From an uncultured Thiotrichales bacterium (lineage in GTDB: Bacteria; Pseudomonadota; Gammaproteobacteria; GCA-2400775): a stretch of DNA of 64,000 nt. The translations under genes and the position numbers were made by a program. Of the stretch, positions 1 through 9,802 are shown one piece after another. Each line of letters opens with the position of its first letter. Position 1 is the stretch's first letter. The notes beneath the pieces were generated by a model, which saw nothing but the letters and a program-made list of their open reading frames with translations, searched no databases and was not told where the DNA came from. The DNA is taken from contig CAZTYM010000007.1 of the NCBI GenBank assembly GCA_964617475.1, positions 9,523 to 73,522 of the forward strand. The letters are read 5' to 3'.

Positions 1-699
1 GGGATATTCGGTGTGGCTTTGGCCACCGTGATTTTGCCAAAGTTGTCGCAAGAGCATTCTAAGGACTCGCCGGAACAATTCTCTCATACTCTGAATTGGG
101 CGTTGACTTGGGTGTTGGTTGTGGCGGTGCCTTCTACGGCAGGTTTAGCCTTATTATCTGAAGAGATGTTGCTGACTTTATTTCAATACGGTGAATTTAC
201 AACACATGATGTTGAAATGGCCGGTAAAAGCTTGGTGGCATATTCTCTAGGTTTAGGTGCGTTTATATTGGTTAAAGTGGTGGCGAGTGGTTTTTACTCG
301 CGCCAAGATACTAAAACCCCAGTTAAGATTGCGATTATTGCCATGGTCACCAATATGGTGCTCAATGCTATATTGGTTTTTCCATTAGCACATGTAGGTT
401 TGGCTCTAGCGACATCGCTTTCGTCATGGTTAAACGCCGGTTTATTGTTTTATATGCTAAAGCGTGACGGCGCCTTTAAGCTTGAATCTGGGTGGATGCT
501 AATGTTTGCACGAGTCGTGTTGGCAAGCCTGGTCATGGTGGTGGCATTAGTTTTGGCATTACCACAACTCGATAACTGGGTAGGTTTAGTTTGGTTTGAG
601 CGGGCTGGATTGTTACTGCTAGGTTTGGCCTTAGGAGTAGTGACCTATGTTATATCGCTTTTTGTTCTTGGTCTGCGTTGGAAACATTTAGTCAAATAA
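1..699 (+). CDS. murJ: Lipid II flippase MurJ/MviN, C-terminal part (5' end lies outside the window)
   Basis: Frame 1 is open from base 1 to the TAA at 697-699. The sequence is polytopic and hydrophobic, including GVALATVILPKLS. It is followed by ribF-ileS-lspA-ispH, the conserved neighbourhood in Pseudomonas and E. coli. Confidence 0.85.
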   Translation, partial: GIFGVALATVILPKLSQEHSKDSPEQFSHTLNWALTWVLVVAVPSTAGLALLSEEMLLTLFQYGEFTTHDVEMAGKSLVAYSLGLGAFILVKVVASGFYSRQDTKTPVKIAIIAMVTNMVLNAILVFPLAHVGLALATSLSSWLNAGLLFYMLKRDGAFKLESGWMLMFARVVLASLVMVVALVLALPQLDNWVGLVWFERAGLLLLGLALGVVTYVISLFVLGLRWKHLVK

Positions 700-734
700 T
701 AGTAAGCATATTTCGTGTTAGATAGAGTGGTGGT

Positions 735-1682
735 ATGTCGCTGAAAATAATTCGCGGTATCAACAATTTGCATTGGTGGCGGCGAAATAGTGTTGTTACC
801 ATTGGTAATTTTGATGGCGTGCATATTGGCCATCAAGCGATGATTGACCGCCTTTGTCAGAAAGCAAAGACGATGGGTTTACCTTCGGTGCTAGTAACAT
901 TTGAACCCTTGCCTCACGAATTTTTCTCTGGAGCAAAAGCACCACACCGGTTGTTATCGTTTCGACAGAAAGTTGAATATCTTTTGGCGCAGACGGAATT
1001 AGATGTCGTGCTTATTTGTCGTTTCGACCAAGCATTTTCTGGCATGGACGCGGATCAATTTGTACAACGAGTATTGATTGACGGTTTGGGTGCAAAATAT
1101 ATATTGCTGGGCGATGATTTTCGCTTTGGCCGAGATCGCCAAGGTGATTACCAACTGGTCTGTAAACAGGCTGCTTCTCTAGCGGTAGAGGTTGAGGCTA
1201 TGTCCAGTATTCAGATTGACGCGGAAAGAGTCAGTAGTACTCGGGTTCGTGCCGCCCTAAGCTCAGGTGATTTAGCTGCTGCTGAAAGCCTGCTCGCTAG
1301 GCCTTATTGCTTGTCTGGCAAAGTGATCAAAGGAGACCAGCTTGGTCGAAAGTTAGGTTATCCGACCGCGAATATTCACCTAAAGTGTAAAAACTTGGCG
1401 TTATCTGGAGTATTCGCTGTGTCTATAAAAATTATTGGTGAAACCTATCAAGGAATGGCGAATATCGGTTGGCGGCCGACGGTTAATGGTCGAGAGCTGC
1501 GTTTTGAAGTCAATATTTTCGATTTCGACGCGGATATTTACGGTCAACGAGCAGCGGTAATGTTCCATACAAAACTTCGAGATGAGCAGCGATTTTCTTC
1601 TTTGGATGCCTTAAAGAGTCAGTTGGCTATAGATCAGCAAGCAGCAGAGGTTTTTTTTCAAGCAAATGCAAGCAATGGCTAG
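735..1682 (+). CDS. ribF: Bifunctional riboflavin kinase / FAD synthetase
   Basis: 315 aa. It has the N-terminal nucleotidyltransferase motif GNFDGVHIGHQ and a C-terminal riboflavin-kinase region (GYPTANI). It sits upstream of ileS. Confidence 0.95.
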   Translation: MSLKIIRGINNLHWWRRNSVVTIGNFDGVHIGHQAMIDRLCQKAKTMGLPSVLVTFEPLPHEFFSGAKAPHRLLSFRQKVEYLLAQTELDVVLICRFDQAFSGMDADQFVQRVLIDGLGAKYILLGDDFRFGRDRQGDYQLVCKQAASLAVEVEAMSSIQIDAERVSSTRVRAALSSGDLAAAESLLARPYCLSGKVIKGDQLGRKLGYPTANIHLKCKNLALSGVFAVSIKIIGETYQGMANIGWRPTVNGRELRFEVNIFDFDADIYGQRAAVMFHTKLRDEQRFSSLDALKSQLAIDQQAAEVFFQANASNG

Positions 1683-1743
1683 CCGCAAGCTCTGATATCA
1701 CCGATAATACCTTGTTTTTGCAGCATAAAGCGCCCGATCAGTA

Positions 1744-4590
1744 ATGAGCGAATACAAAAGTACCTTAAATCTTCCTAAAACTGCTTTTCCTATGAAGGCG
1801 AATTTGGCTCAACGCGAACCAGAACGTCTAAAGAAGTGGCAAGAAAATAATCTTTACGCCGCGGTTCGTGCTGCGAGTAAAGGGCGTCCGCGTTATGTGC
1901 TTCACGATGGCCCACCCTACGCCAACGGCGAAATTCATATTGGCCATGCGGTCAATAAAATTCTAAAAGACATTATCGTTAAATCAAAAACCCTAAGCGG
2001 TTTTGACGCCGATTATGTGCCCGGTTGGGATTGTCACGGTCTACCTATTGAGCTGATGGTCGAGAAAAAGGTCGGTAAGGCTGGTCATAAGGTTGATGCC
2101 AAGACTTTCCGTCAAGCATGCCGCGACTATGCGGCTAAGCAAGTGGATAAACAGCGCGAGGATTTTATTCGCCTAGGTGTGATTGGTGATTGGTCGAACC
2201 CCTATCGTACTATGGACTATAAATTCGAAGCCAATATTATTCGTGCGCTTGGCAAGATTATCAAAGCAGGCCATATCTCACAGGGTTTCAAACCCGTTTA
2301 TTGGTGCACAGATTGCGGCTCGGCTTTGGCTGAGGCCGAGGTCGAGTACCAAGATAAACAATCGCCCGCTATCGACGTTAAATTCGTGGTTGCGGATACC
2401 GATGAATTTTGGGCGGCATGTGCGAAAGATAAGCCAGGTAATGCAAAGGTCTCGGTGGTCATTTGGACTACTACGCCTTGGACCTTGCCTGCGAACCAGG
2501 CTGTTTGTCTGCACCCTGATGTGCAATATACCGTAGCCAAGATTCATCATAATGGTCAGTCTGAATATATTGTTGTGGCGACGGATTTATTAGAAAACGC
2601 CATGCAACGCTACCAGATCGAAGACTTTGAAAGCATTGCGGTTGTTGCGGGTAGTCAACTCGAACATATGATGCTGGCTCATCCGTTCAACGATAGACAA
2701 GTGCCCGTCATTCTTGGTGACCATGTGACGACTGAATCGGGTACCGGTGCGGTACACACAGCACCTGGACACGGGCAAGACGACTATGTCGTCGGTCTCA
2801 AATATGGCTTAGCGGTAGATAACCCCGTGGCCGGCAATGGTGTGTTTATCGAAGGCACAGAACATGTAGCCGGCCAGCATATTTATAAAGCGAATGGTTT
2901 TATTGTTGATTTGCTGCAAAGCAATAATGCTTTGTTAAAGCATGAAACGATTCAGCATAGTTATCCGCATTGTTGGCGCCATAAAACACCGTTGATCTTT
3001 AGAGCAACGCCGCAGTGGTTTGTCAGTATGGATAAAAATGGCTTGCGAGAAAAGGTGGCAAAAGCGATTGAAAGTGTCCAGTGGTTGCCTGGTTGGGGTC
3101 GTGCCCGCATTGATTCAATGATGGAAAATCGCCCAGATTGGTGTATTTCACGCCAGCGCACCTGGGGTGTACCGATTGCCGTGTTTGTTGATAAGGAAAC
3201 CGGTAGTCTGCACCCTGATACTGAAAAATTAATTGAACAAGTTGCTCAGCGAGTAGAAGAAAACGGAATTGATGCATGGTTTGATCTAACACCAGTCGAT
3301 CTAGGGGTAGATGAAACACGTTATGAAAAAATACCCGATACCTTGGATGTCTGGTTTGACTCTGGTGTAACCCATGAGGCCGTATTAGGACAGAGAGAAG
3401 GTCTGCCATTTCCAGCAGATTTGTATCTAGAGGGTTCTGACCAGCATAGAGGCTGGTTTCAATCGTCCTTGTTAACCTCGGTGGCTATCCACGATGATGC
3501 TGGTGCTGATTCGAATTATGGTGCACCTTATAAAACCGTATTGACCCACGGTTTTACGGTTGATGCCAAGGGCATGAAGATGTCCAAGTCTAAGGGTAAT
3601 GTCGTCGCGCCGCAAAAGGTGATGAATCAAATGGGTGCCGATGTCTTGCGCCTATGGGTGTCGGCGACAGACTATAGCGGTGAGATGACCGTCTCCGATG
3701 AGATTCTAAAACGCACTGCCGATGCATATCGACGTATGCGTAATACTGCACGTTATTTGTTGTCGAACTTGGATGGTTTTGATCCAGCAACAGATAGTGT
3801 AGATATTAATGACATGATCGCCTTGGATCGTTGGGCGGTAGAAACAGCACAGAAAGTGCAAGAAGATATTATTGCTGCGTATGAGGCTTTTGAGTTTCAT
3901 CGTATCTACCAACGTGTGCATAATTTCTGTGCTAATGAGTTGGGTAGTCTTTATCTTGATATTACTAAAGACCGCCAGTACACCACGGGTGCTGATAGCC
4001 ATGCACGTCGCTCTGCACAAACCGCCATGTTTCATATTGCCGAAGCGTTATCGCGTTGGTTGGCACCAATTGTGAGCTTTACAGCTGATGAAATTTGGCA
4101 GCATTTGCCAGGTAGGCATTCTGAAACGGTGTTTACGGAAACATGGTATCAACTGCCGAAAGCAAATAGTGATGCCAAACTTGATAGCCAACAATGGCAA
4201 ACTATTTTCGATGTGCGTGGCGCAGTTGCAAAACGTTTAGAAGAATTACGTGTAGCTGGTGATATTGGTTCATCACTTGATGCTGATGTGCAAGTGTATG
4301 GCAGTGGTGAACTACTTAGTGCGTTGACCGCTGCAAATGATGAGTTGCGCTTTGCTTTGATTACTTCAGATGCAGTGGCTATAGATCAAAGCCAAGCAGA
4401 TGATACGGCTGTTGAAGCTTCTATAGGTGAACAGACTATTAAAATAAAAGCTATAGCATCCAGCTATGAAAAATGCGAAAGGTGTTGGCATAGGCGGGCA
4501 GATGTCGGCCAGTACGCTTCTCACCCTGGTTTATGCGGGCGCTGTGTGGAAAATATAGAAGGAGATGGTGAGTCACGCCATTTCTTCTAA
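1744..4590 (+). CDS. ileS: Isoleucine--tRNA ligase
   Basis: 948 aa. It has the class I HIGH motif ([10 protein letters not shown]), the KMSKS motif (KMSKSKGN) and a C-terminal Zn-finger (CERCW...CGRC). Confidence 0.98.
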   Translation: MSEYKSTLNLPKTAFPMKANLAQREPERLKKWQENNLYAAVRAASKGRPRYVLHDGPPYANGEIHIGHAVNKILKDIIVKSKTLSGFDADYVPGWDCHGLPIELMVEKKVGKAGHKVDAKTFRQACRDYAAKQVDKQREDFIRLGVIGDWSNPYRTMDYKFEANIIRALGKIIKAGHISQGFKPVYWCTDCGSALAEAEVEYQDKQSPAIDVKFVVADTDEFWAACAKDKPGNAKVSVVIWTTTPWTLPANQAVCLHPDVQYTVAKIHHNGQSEYIVVATDLLENAMQRYQIEDFESIAVVAGSQLEHMMLAHPFNDRQVPVILGDHVTTESGTGAVHTAPGHGQDDYVVGLKYGLAVDNPVAGNGVFIEGTEHVAGQHIYKANGFIVDLLQSNNALLKHETIQHSYPHCWRHKTPLIFRATPQWFVSMDKNGLREKVAKAIESVQWLPGWGRARIDSMMENRPDWCISRQRTWGVPIAVFVDKETGSLHPDTEKLIEQVAQRVEENGIDAWFDLTPVDLGVDETRYEKIPDTLDVWFDSGVTHEAVLGQREGLPFPADLYLEGSDQHRGWFQSSLLTSVAIHDDAGADSNYGAPYKTVLTHGFTVDAKGMKMSKSKGNVVAPQKVMNQMGADVLRLWVSATDYSGEMTVSDEILKRTADAYRRMRNTARYLLSNLDGFDPATDSVDINDMIALDRWAVETAQKVQEDIIAAYEAFEFHRIYQRVHNFCANELGSLYLDITKDRQYTTGADSHARRSAQTAMFHIAEALSRWLAPIVSFTADEIWQHLPGRHSETVFTETWYQLPKANSDAKLDSQQWQTIFDVRGAVAKRLEELRVAGDIGSSLDADVQVYGSGELLSALTAANDELRFALITSDAVAIDQSQADDTAVEASIGEQTIKIKAIASSYEKCERCWHRRADVGQYASHPGLCGRCVENIEGDGESRHFF

Positions 4591-4630
4591 AACTCAACCT
4601 AAAATTACTGTGCTTGCTGATACTTTGTTT

Positions 4631-4800
4631 ACCCCACAAGGGGGTACCGAGGAAAAATGAACTTAAAATACGGGGCCGTGAAGCGGCAGACTATTTGTAA
4701 TGCCCCAAGGGCACTTAGACTTCGTTTTCGCGTTCATTTTTGTACCATGGGCACTTCCTGCGGTCGCCTCGTTTCAGCTACGCTCGCTACATTTTAGAAT
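4631..4800 (+). repeat. Intergenic repeat element, copy A, with 17-nt core GCACTTCCTGCGGTCGC at 4751-4767
   Basis: The core recurs at 32383-32399 (+, one mismatch) and as a reverse complement at 13256-13272. GGGCACTT is duplicated internally at 4709-4716 and 4749-4756. A CCCC/GGGG hairpin lies at 4632-4644. A module AAGGGGGTACCGAGG resembles the reverse complement of 13360-13410. Confidence 0.75.
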
Positions 4801-4815
4801 GAGTTTAGGTTTTTT

Positions 4816-5316
4816 ATGAAACCCTTATTTAAATTAGGTATTGGTATTGCCGTCTTTGTTATCGTTGTTGACCAATTAACAAAAATTTGGGCGGAAGCGG
4901 ATCTGGTCTTGCATGATCCAGTGGCTGTTTTCCCTGGCCTCAATATGACGCTGGCGTATAACACTGGGGTTGCATTTAGTATGTTTGATGATTGGGGCGA
5001 TTTTGGTCGGTGGCTACTATCTACTTTGGCTATTGTTGTCAGTATCGTGTTAGTGGTGTGGCTTTGGCGGCTCAATGCTACTGAGAAATTATTAGCTATT
5101 GCTTTAGGATTTGTGCTCGGTGGTGCTTTAGGTAATGTTATAGACCGTGTGATGTATGGTCATGTGATCGATTTTATTCATGTGTATTACCAGGACTGGA
5201 ACTATCCGGCCTTCAATGCAGCAGATGCAGCTATTACCTTAGGCGCAATTTTACTGATTTGGGATGCGCTATTCGCTAAACATGAAAAAGTAGATAGTGA
5301 TAACAAGAGCAAGTAA
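4816..5316 (+). CDS. lspA: Lipoprotein signal peptidase (signal peptidase II)
   Basis: 166 aa with four hydrophobic segments. It has the conserved GNVIDR and FNAADAAI regions carrying the catalytic Asp residues. Confidence 0.95.
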   Translation: MKPLFKLGIGIAVFVIVVDQLTKIWAEADLVLHDPVAVFPGLNMTLAYNTGVAFSMFDDWGDFGRWLLSTLAIVVSIVLVVWLWRLNATEKLLAIALGFVLGGALGNVIDRVMYGHVIDFIHVYYQDWNYPAFNAADAAITLGAILLIWDALFAKHEKVDSDNKSK

Positions 5317-5319
5317 TTA

Positions 5320-6273
5320 ATGAAAATATTATTAGCTAATCCACGTGGTTTTTGTGCTGGTGTCGATCGCGCTATAGAAATCGTAGAGCGTGTGCTTGCA
5401 CTCTATGGTGCACCTATCTATGTGCGACATGAAGTGGTACATAACCGCTATGTGGTAGATGGCTTGCGTGAAAAAGGTGCTGTATTCGTCGAAGAGCTGG
5501 ATGAAGTGCCAGATGATGCCACCGTTATTTTTAGTGCACATGGTGTGGCAAACACCGTGCGAGAGGTGGCGGCAGAACGCGGTTTACGTGTGTTCGATGC
5601 CATATGCCCATTGGTTACTAAAGTGCATGTTGAAGTCGCGCGCTATGAAAAAGAAGGCCGCGAATGTATTTTAATCGGTCACGAAGGTCACCCTGAAGTG
5701 GTTGGCACGATGGGGCAATATCGCAGAAAAGATAAAGGCGGTATGTACTTGGTGGAAACGGTAGCAGATGTTCAAACTTTACAGGTCAAAGATCCAGATA
5801 ATCTCGCATTCGTTACGCAGACAACACTATCAGTTGATGATACGTCAGAGGTAATTGATGCGCTGCGCCTTCGTTTCCCGAGTATTTTAGGGCCGAAGAA
5901 AGATGATATTTGTTATGCCACGCAAAACCGCCAAGATTCGGTTAAGCAGTTGGCAGATCAATCTGATTTGGTGTTAGTGGTAGGTTCAAAAAATAGTTCT
6001 AATTCTACCCGCCTTAAAGAGATCGCGCGCTTAAACAAAGTAGAGGCCTATCTCATCGATGGCGGAGCCGATATTAATCCTCAATGGCTGGAGCATAAAA
6101 ATACCGTTGGCGTGACAGCCGGGGCCTCTGCACCTGAGGTATTGGTACAAAATGTCATTGCCAAGCTTAAAGACTATGGCGGAGAAACAGTAGAAGATAT
6201 GGATGGTCGTGTTGAGACTATTACGTTTTCCTTGCCGAAAGTATTACAAAACGTAAAAGTAGAAACGATTTAG
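5320..6273 (+). CDS. ispH: 4-hydroxy-3-methylbut-2-enyl diphosphate reductase
   Basis: 317 aa. The N-terminus [14 protein letters not shown] is typical of IspH/LytB. It starts 4 nt after lspA, so no fkpB lies between them. Confidence 0.97.
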   Translation: MKILLANPRGFCAGVDRAIEIVERVLALYGAPIYVRHEVVHNRYVVDGLREKGAVFVEELDEVPDDATVIFSAHGVANTVREVAAERGLRVFDAICPLVTKVHVEVARYEKEGRECILIGHEGHPEVVGTMGQYRRKDKGGMYLVETVADVQTLQVKDPDNLAFVTQTTLSVDDTSEVIDALRLRFPSILGPKKDDICYATQNRQDSVKQLADQSDLVLVVGSKNSSNSTRLKEIARLNKVEAYLIDGGADINPQWLEHKNTVGVTAGASAPEVLVQNVIAKLKDYGGETVEDMDGRVETITFSLPKVLQNVKVETI

Positions 6274-6707
6274 GGCCAGCCGTTGATTGCTGCAGTTTGC
6301 CCGTTGGGCACATGTTGGCGACTACCGTTGGCGTTGAGTATATAAGTGACGTTATTCGCTGTTGGTGTGCCAGGGTTAGGTGTTGCAGTTAACGAAAAGT
6401 TGGTTGCTGTCTGGTTGGTAATCGCGAGGTTGTAATAAACAATTGGGCCTACCGCGGGTGATCGATTCGTGTAGATACCAGCTGGCCCAAGAGCAGCACC
6501 AACGTAAGTAGGCGTGGGTTGATCAATATAAAATTCTTGCATTCTTGCTGCAGCTTCAACCAAAGCCGTTTGTGCGTCTGCCTGCCTTGTCTGGTTGAGT
6601 TGATAAAGATAACCGGGATAGGCTATACCTGCCAAAATAGCTATGATAGCCACTACTATGACTAGCTCGATTAAAGTAAAGCCGGCTTGTACTCTACGTG
6701 TTGTCAT
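6270..6707 (-). CDS. pilE: Type IV minor pilin PilE-like
   Basis: Prepilin leader MTTRRVQAG|[10 protein letters not shown] with Gly-1, Phe+1 and Glu+5. It is the last gene of the fimU-pilVWXY1E-type operon. It has no cysteines, so no C-terminal disulfide loop. Confidence 0.8.
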   Translation of the reverse strand: MTTRRVQAGFTLIELVIVVAIIAILAGIAYPGYLYQLNQTRQADAQTALVEAAARMQEFYIDQPTPTYVGAALGPAGIYTNRSPAVGPIVYYNLAITNQTATNFSLTATPNPGTPTANNVTYILNANGSRQHVPNGQTAAINGWP

Positions 6708-9292
6708 TAAATTTCTTCTATCTCAGTCCATGAGCGTCGACCTAAACCAAAGTTAGGGCCTAGGTTACGAAATGTTTGTACGCCTTGAACGACTGAATCA
6801 CCAGAGACGAAATTGTTAACGGTATTATTTATTTCATCCTGCGTGCGTTCAATAAAGTCAATGGTATCCTGACGATTATTGAGTAAATCATCAATCTGTT
6901 CCTGTGTGGCTTGCAATTGATTGAGTGCATCGTTTAATGCGACGCTTAAGTCAGCATTATCCGTGGTGAGATCATTTAGTTCATCAATTAAGCCCTGATC
7001 AGATAGCGGATTGATTTCACCAAATTGCGCAACGAATTCATTAATAAATTCCTGAAATTCGCTTTCCAGTTCGTCGAAATCAGTAAATGCGCCAAAGCAA
7101 ACATCGGCGAATAGCTGAGGACAGTTACCAAGATCAGGAACCGCTAAGCCGTTAATTAAGGCAATATCTTCATTGCTAGAAATAACAGCGATAGTAGCGC
7201 GCGAGCGAATACCGGGGCCAAGCTCAATACCCATGACGATATCTTCTTGGGAGCCTGATTCATTAACATTGTCCGAGCTGTTTAATGAGTTATCACCGTT
7301 AATATCAAAAATAGGCATAAATGGTGCGCCGCCATTTGAAAAAGAGGGTTGCAAGAACCAGTTTCTCTCTGGGTCGTTTTGTGATTCGGCTGGCACGAAA
7401 GATGAAATTTGTGTTCTGCCCGCACGAACTTGCGGTTCGGTCAAGAAACGTTCGCTTAGTGGAATATCATCAAAGATTCTCCAGGCTCGATCAGGATCGC
7501 TACCGAAATTATTCAGCGCATTGGCAGTGGAGGTTCTTACCCGTTGATTATTTATGGTAGAAAAGCTCCGTTCGCTAATTTGCTGTTCCAGAGTACTAGG
7601 CGGTACTGACGGAATTTGCGGGTTATCAAAGTTAACAGTATCAATAACACCGTATATGTTTTGGCGTTCACCGGCGTGTGGCAAGCTATCGTTCTCACCA
7701 TTGGGGATGAGGTCTTGATCAGTGAACGCGCGACCGGTGCCTACATATATGTAGAAGCTATTGGCAACAGCTGGGTTTTCGGCGACATCGGGTGGCGCGA
7801 CAATAGGAAGTTCTTCACCCAGTGCGAGAATCAATTCGGGTTGTATAGGCGTGATTGACTCAATCGCCCCACTGCAGATATTGCTAAGGTTAAAACGCCA
7901 GAGATTGCCGTTTAGATCACCCGCGTAGGCGGTATCCGCAGTGCCGTCGCCATTTGCGTCAATAACGGCGGGAGCAGATAAGCCATTGGGTGAGTTTTCA
8001 TCTCCGCTACCTGTTTCGATAGAAAAAGCGCGGCCATTTGCCATGTTCATTACAATAAGCTTGGCTTCATTGTTGGCGCTTAGATAGCCATTACCGGCAA
8101 TTGCACGCCAGCAACCACCGGGGAATTGAGCTATTGTGGGTCTGCTATAAGTGAAGCCTATGTCGTTACTAATGTCGCCTAAACCACGATTATTATTAGA
8201 TTCCGCATCGATTTCCCAGCGTAAAACCCTGTTATTTCCTTCCGTGGCAAGCTGCTGCTCGTTTCTACCGGCTGGGTTGGTAAGATCGAGGATGTAAAAG
8301 CCTTTACCGCCAGCACCTAGTCCACCTACGGCCATTGTGCGCCATTGACCAGCTACAAAAGCGTCTTCTACTGCAATCTGGCCATCAACAAAATAAGTAT
8401 GCTCGTATGGCGTGACAGCCAATCGGTTTAATTGGCTTAATAAAATTGATGGAATATAGGCAAATTCTTCATCACCCGTTTCGGCATCAAAAATATGCAG
8501 CATGCCATCGTTAGCACCGACGACGACAATTTCCGGGCGATTTTGAAATGCATTGGCAAAGTCCTGGTAGCTTTGAGTATTGATATCAGCGTTGGGTGGA
8601 CCAATAAACTGTGGTTGAGAATGAATAATATCGCCTAGAATACTCAACCTACGGCGAAAAGGGTTAGCAGGCGTATCGGGTGTGCGCTCGTTACTACGAT
8701 CACCGCGCACAAAGTCTAATAAATCGCTGGTCCCAGAAAAGAAGTTGGCAGGATCCATCAATGCTCTTTGTAGGAAAGTTAGAGAATCATTTCCTCGCCA
8801 ACGAAAGCGAGCAATACCACGAAACGCAATATTGCCATTGAAAGTTAGTATTTTTCTTCCGGTAATAATTCGTCTTTCATCATTCCAGTATTGATCTTCT
8901 GGGCCGACGATATCATCGTCACGCGTTGCTTCTTCAAATTGAATTCTGGCGGACCAATTTTCTTCGCCTGTGTTGGAGTCAGGAGAAGAAGTCGGTGGTG
9001 AGGTGGTCAAGTCAATTGTCGAGCTAACGACTCCGTTAGTATCGATATCTAACTCAATTAAGTCTCCCTGCCATGCGCCATTTTCAAACCAGGGCCGGTA
9101 AGCTTTGACATCGCCATCACTTAAATCACTATTTGATAACTCAATAGGTGCAATCGTAACTTGTGGTTCGTTAATTGAAGCAGTCCCTAAAGGAGCAAAT
9201 CGATCAGCTGCATGGCTTGTACCTACAGCAAGCGCTAAGGGTATTAATGCAGCTAATACAAAAGGTTTTGTTAACTTAACCATTACCACCAC
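6707..9292 (-). CDS. pilY1: Type IV pilus tip-associated adhesin / biogenesis factor PilY1 (PilC family)
   Basis: 861 aa with a signal peptide (ALAVGTSHA). It has the PilY1/PilC propeller signature IDANGDGTADTAYAGDLNGNLWRF and a second Ca-site-like FDINGDNSLNSSDN. It lies between pilX and pilE, and its stop shares one base with the pilE ATG (TAATG). Confidence 0.85.
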   Translation of the reverse strand: MVVMVKLTKPFVLAALIPLALAVGTSHAADRFAPLGTASINEPQVTIAPIELSNSDLSDGDVKAYRPWFENGAWQGDLIELDIDTNGVVSSTIDLTTSPPTSSPDSNTGEENWSARIQFEEATRDDDIVGPEDQYWNDERRIITGRKILTFNGNIAFRGIARFRWRGNDSLTFLQRALMDPANFFSGTSDLLDFVRGDRSNERTPDTPANPFRRRLSILGDIIHSQPQFIGPPNADINTQSYQDFANAFQNRPEIVVVGANDGMLHIFDAETGDEEFAYIPSILLSQLNRLAVTPYEHTYFVDGQIAVEDAFVAGQWRTMAVGGLGAGGKGFYILDLTNPAGRNEQQLATEGNNRVLRWEIDAESNNNRGLGDISNDIGFTYSRPTIAQFPGGCWRAIAGNGYLSANNEAKLIVMNMANGRAFSIETGSGDENSPNGLSAPAVIDANGDGTADTAYAGDLNGNLWRFNLSNICSGAIESITPIQPELILALGEELPIVAPPDVAENPAVANSFYIYVGTGRAFTDQDLIPNGENDSLPHAGERQNIYGVIDTVNFDNPQIPSVPPSTLEQQISERSFSTINNQRVRTSTANALNNFGSDPDRAWRIFDDIPLSERFLTEPQVRAGRTQISSFVPAESQNDPERNWFLQPSFSNGGAPFMPIFDINGDNSLNSSDNVNESGSQEDIVMGIELGPGIRSRATIAVISSNEDIALINGLAVPDLGNCPQLFADVCFGAFTDFDELESEFQEFINEFVAQFGEINPLSDQGLIDELNDLTTDNADLSVALNDALNQLQATQEQIDDLLNNRQDTIDFIERTQDEINNTVNNFVSGDSVVQGVQTFRNLGPNFGLGRRSWTEIEEI

Positions 9293-9800
9293 CTGCTGCG
9301 ACAGGGTCTTCGTCTATAGTATAAATCGATTGCAAAATGCGTCTGGCACCGCTGTTATTGCTGGCGTTGATTGTCGTGTTACGAAATAGGTAAATTTCGC
9401 CGCCCGCGTCAGGAACGTCGTTACCAATAACAACAGATTCGCCCGGCAAGGTTTGAGGGCCAATGTATTCAATATAGGTTCGGGCAAAAAACCCATTTGC
9501 ATCAAAATTTGTATCGACGGTAGCTTGCTGGCGAAGAAGTTCAACAGGATTGATATTTTCGTCGAAATCGTTAAAAGCAACAGGCGTGGTGGCAATATCA
9601 TCTAATGCTACTTCAGTTGCTTTTAATTGGTTTTCTGCGGCAGAAAGTGCCTGGTTTTGTAACTGTAAATTGCTCGCCATGAGTGTTTCCAAGCCACTTT
9701 GTGACATGCCGGCAACACCGATGATTGTCATGACTAGCAGGATTATCAAGCTAATAATTAGCGCTGCACCACGTTGTTTATGCTGTTGAGAATGATGCAT
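9276..9800 (-). CDS. pilX: Type IV minor pilin PilX
   Basis: 174 aa. The leader MHHSQQHKQRG|AALIISLIILLVMT has no Glu+5, as in Pseudomonas PilX. It lies between pilW and pilY1. Confidence 0.75.
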   Translation of the reverse strand: MHHSQQHKQRGAALIISLIILLVMTIIGVAGMSQSGLETLMASNLQLQNQALSAAENQLKATEVALDDIATTPVAFNDFDENINPVELLRQQATVDTNFDANGFFARTYIEYIGPQTLPGESVVIGNDVPDAGGEIYLFRNTTINASNNSGARRILQSIYTIDEDPVAAGGGNG

Positions 9801-9802
9801 TG

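Noticed and set aside
2183-4075. Numerous 60-130-aa ORFs inside or antisense to ileS (for example 2183-2536, 2278-2550, 3023-3409, 3706-4035).
   Set aside because: They are fully nested in a strongly supported 948-aa synthetase gene. Their translations are low-complexity or Arg/Ser/Cys-rich shadow-frame products with no recognisable motifs. The same reasoning applies to nested ORFs in pilY1, typA, btuB, ahcY, chpA, ugd and prsK.
4591-4815. A CRISPR-like or tandem array interpretation of the repeated GGGCACTT / core motifs.
   Set aside because: There are only two short internal repeats here. The other copies are dispersed tens of kb apart, with no regular repeat-spacer periodicity and no cas genes.
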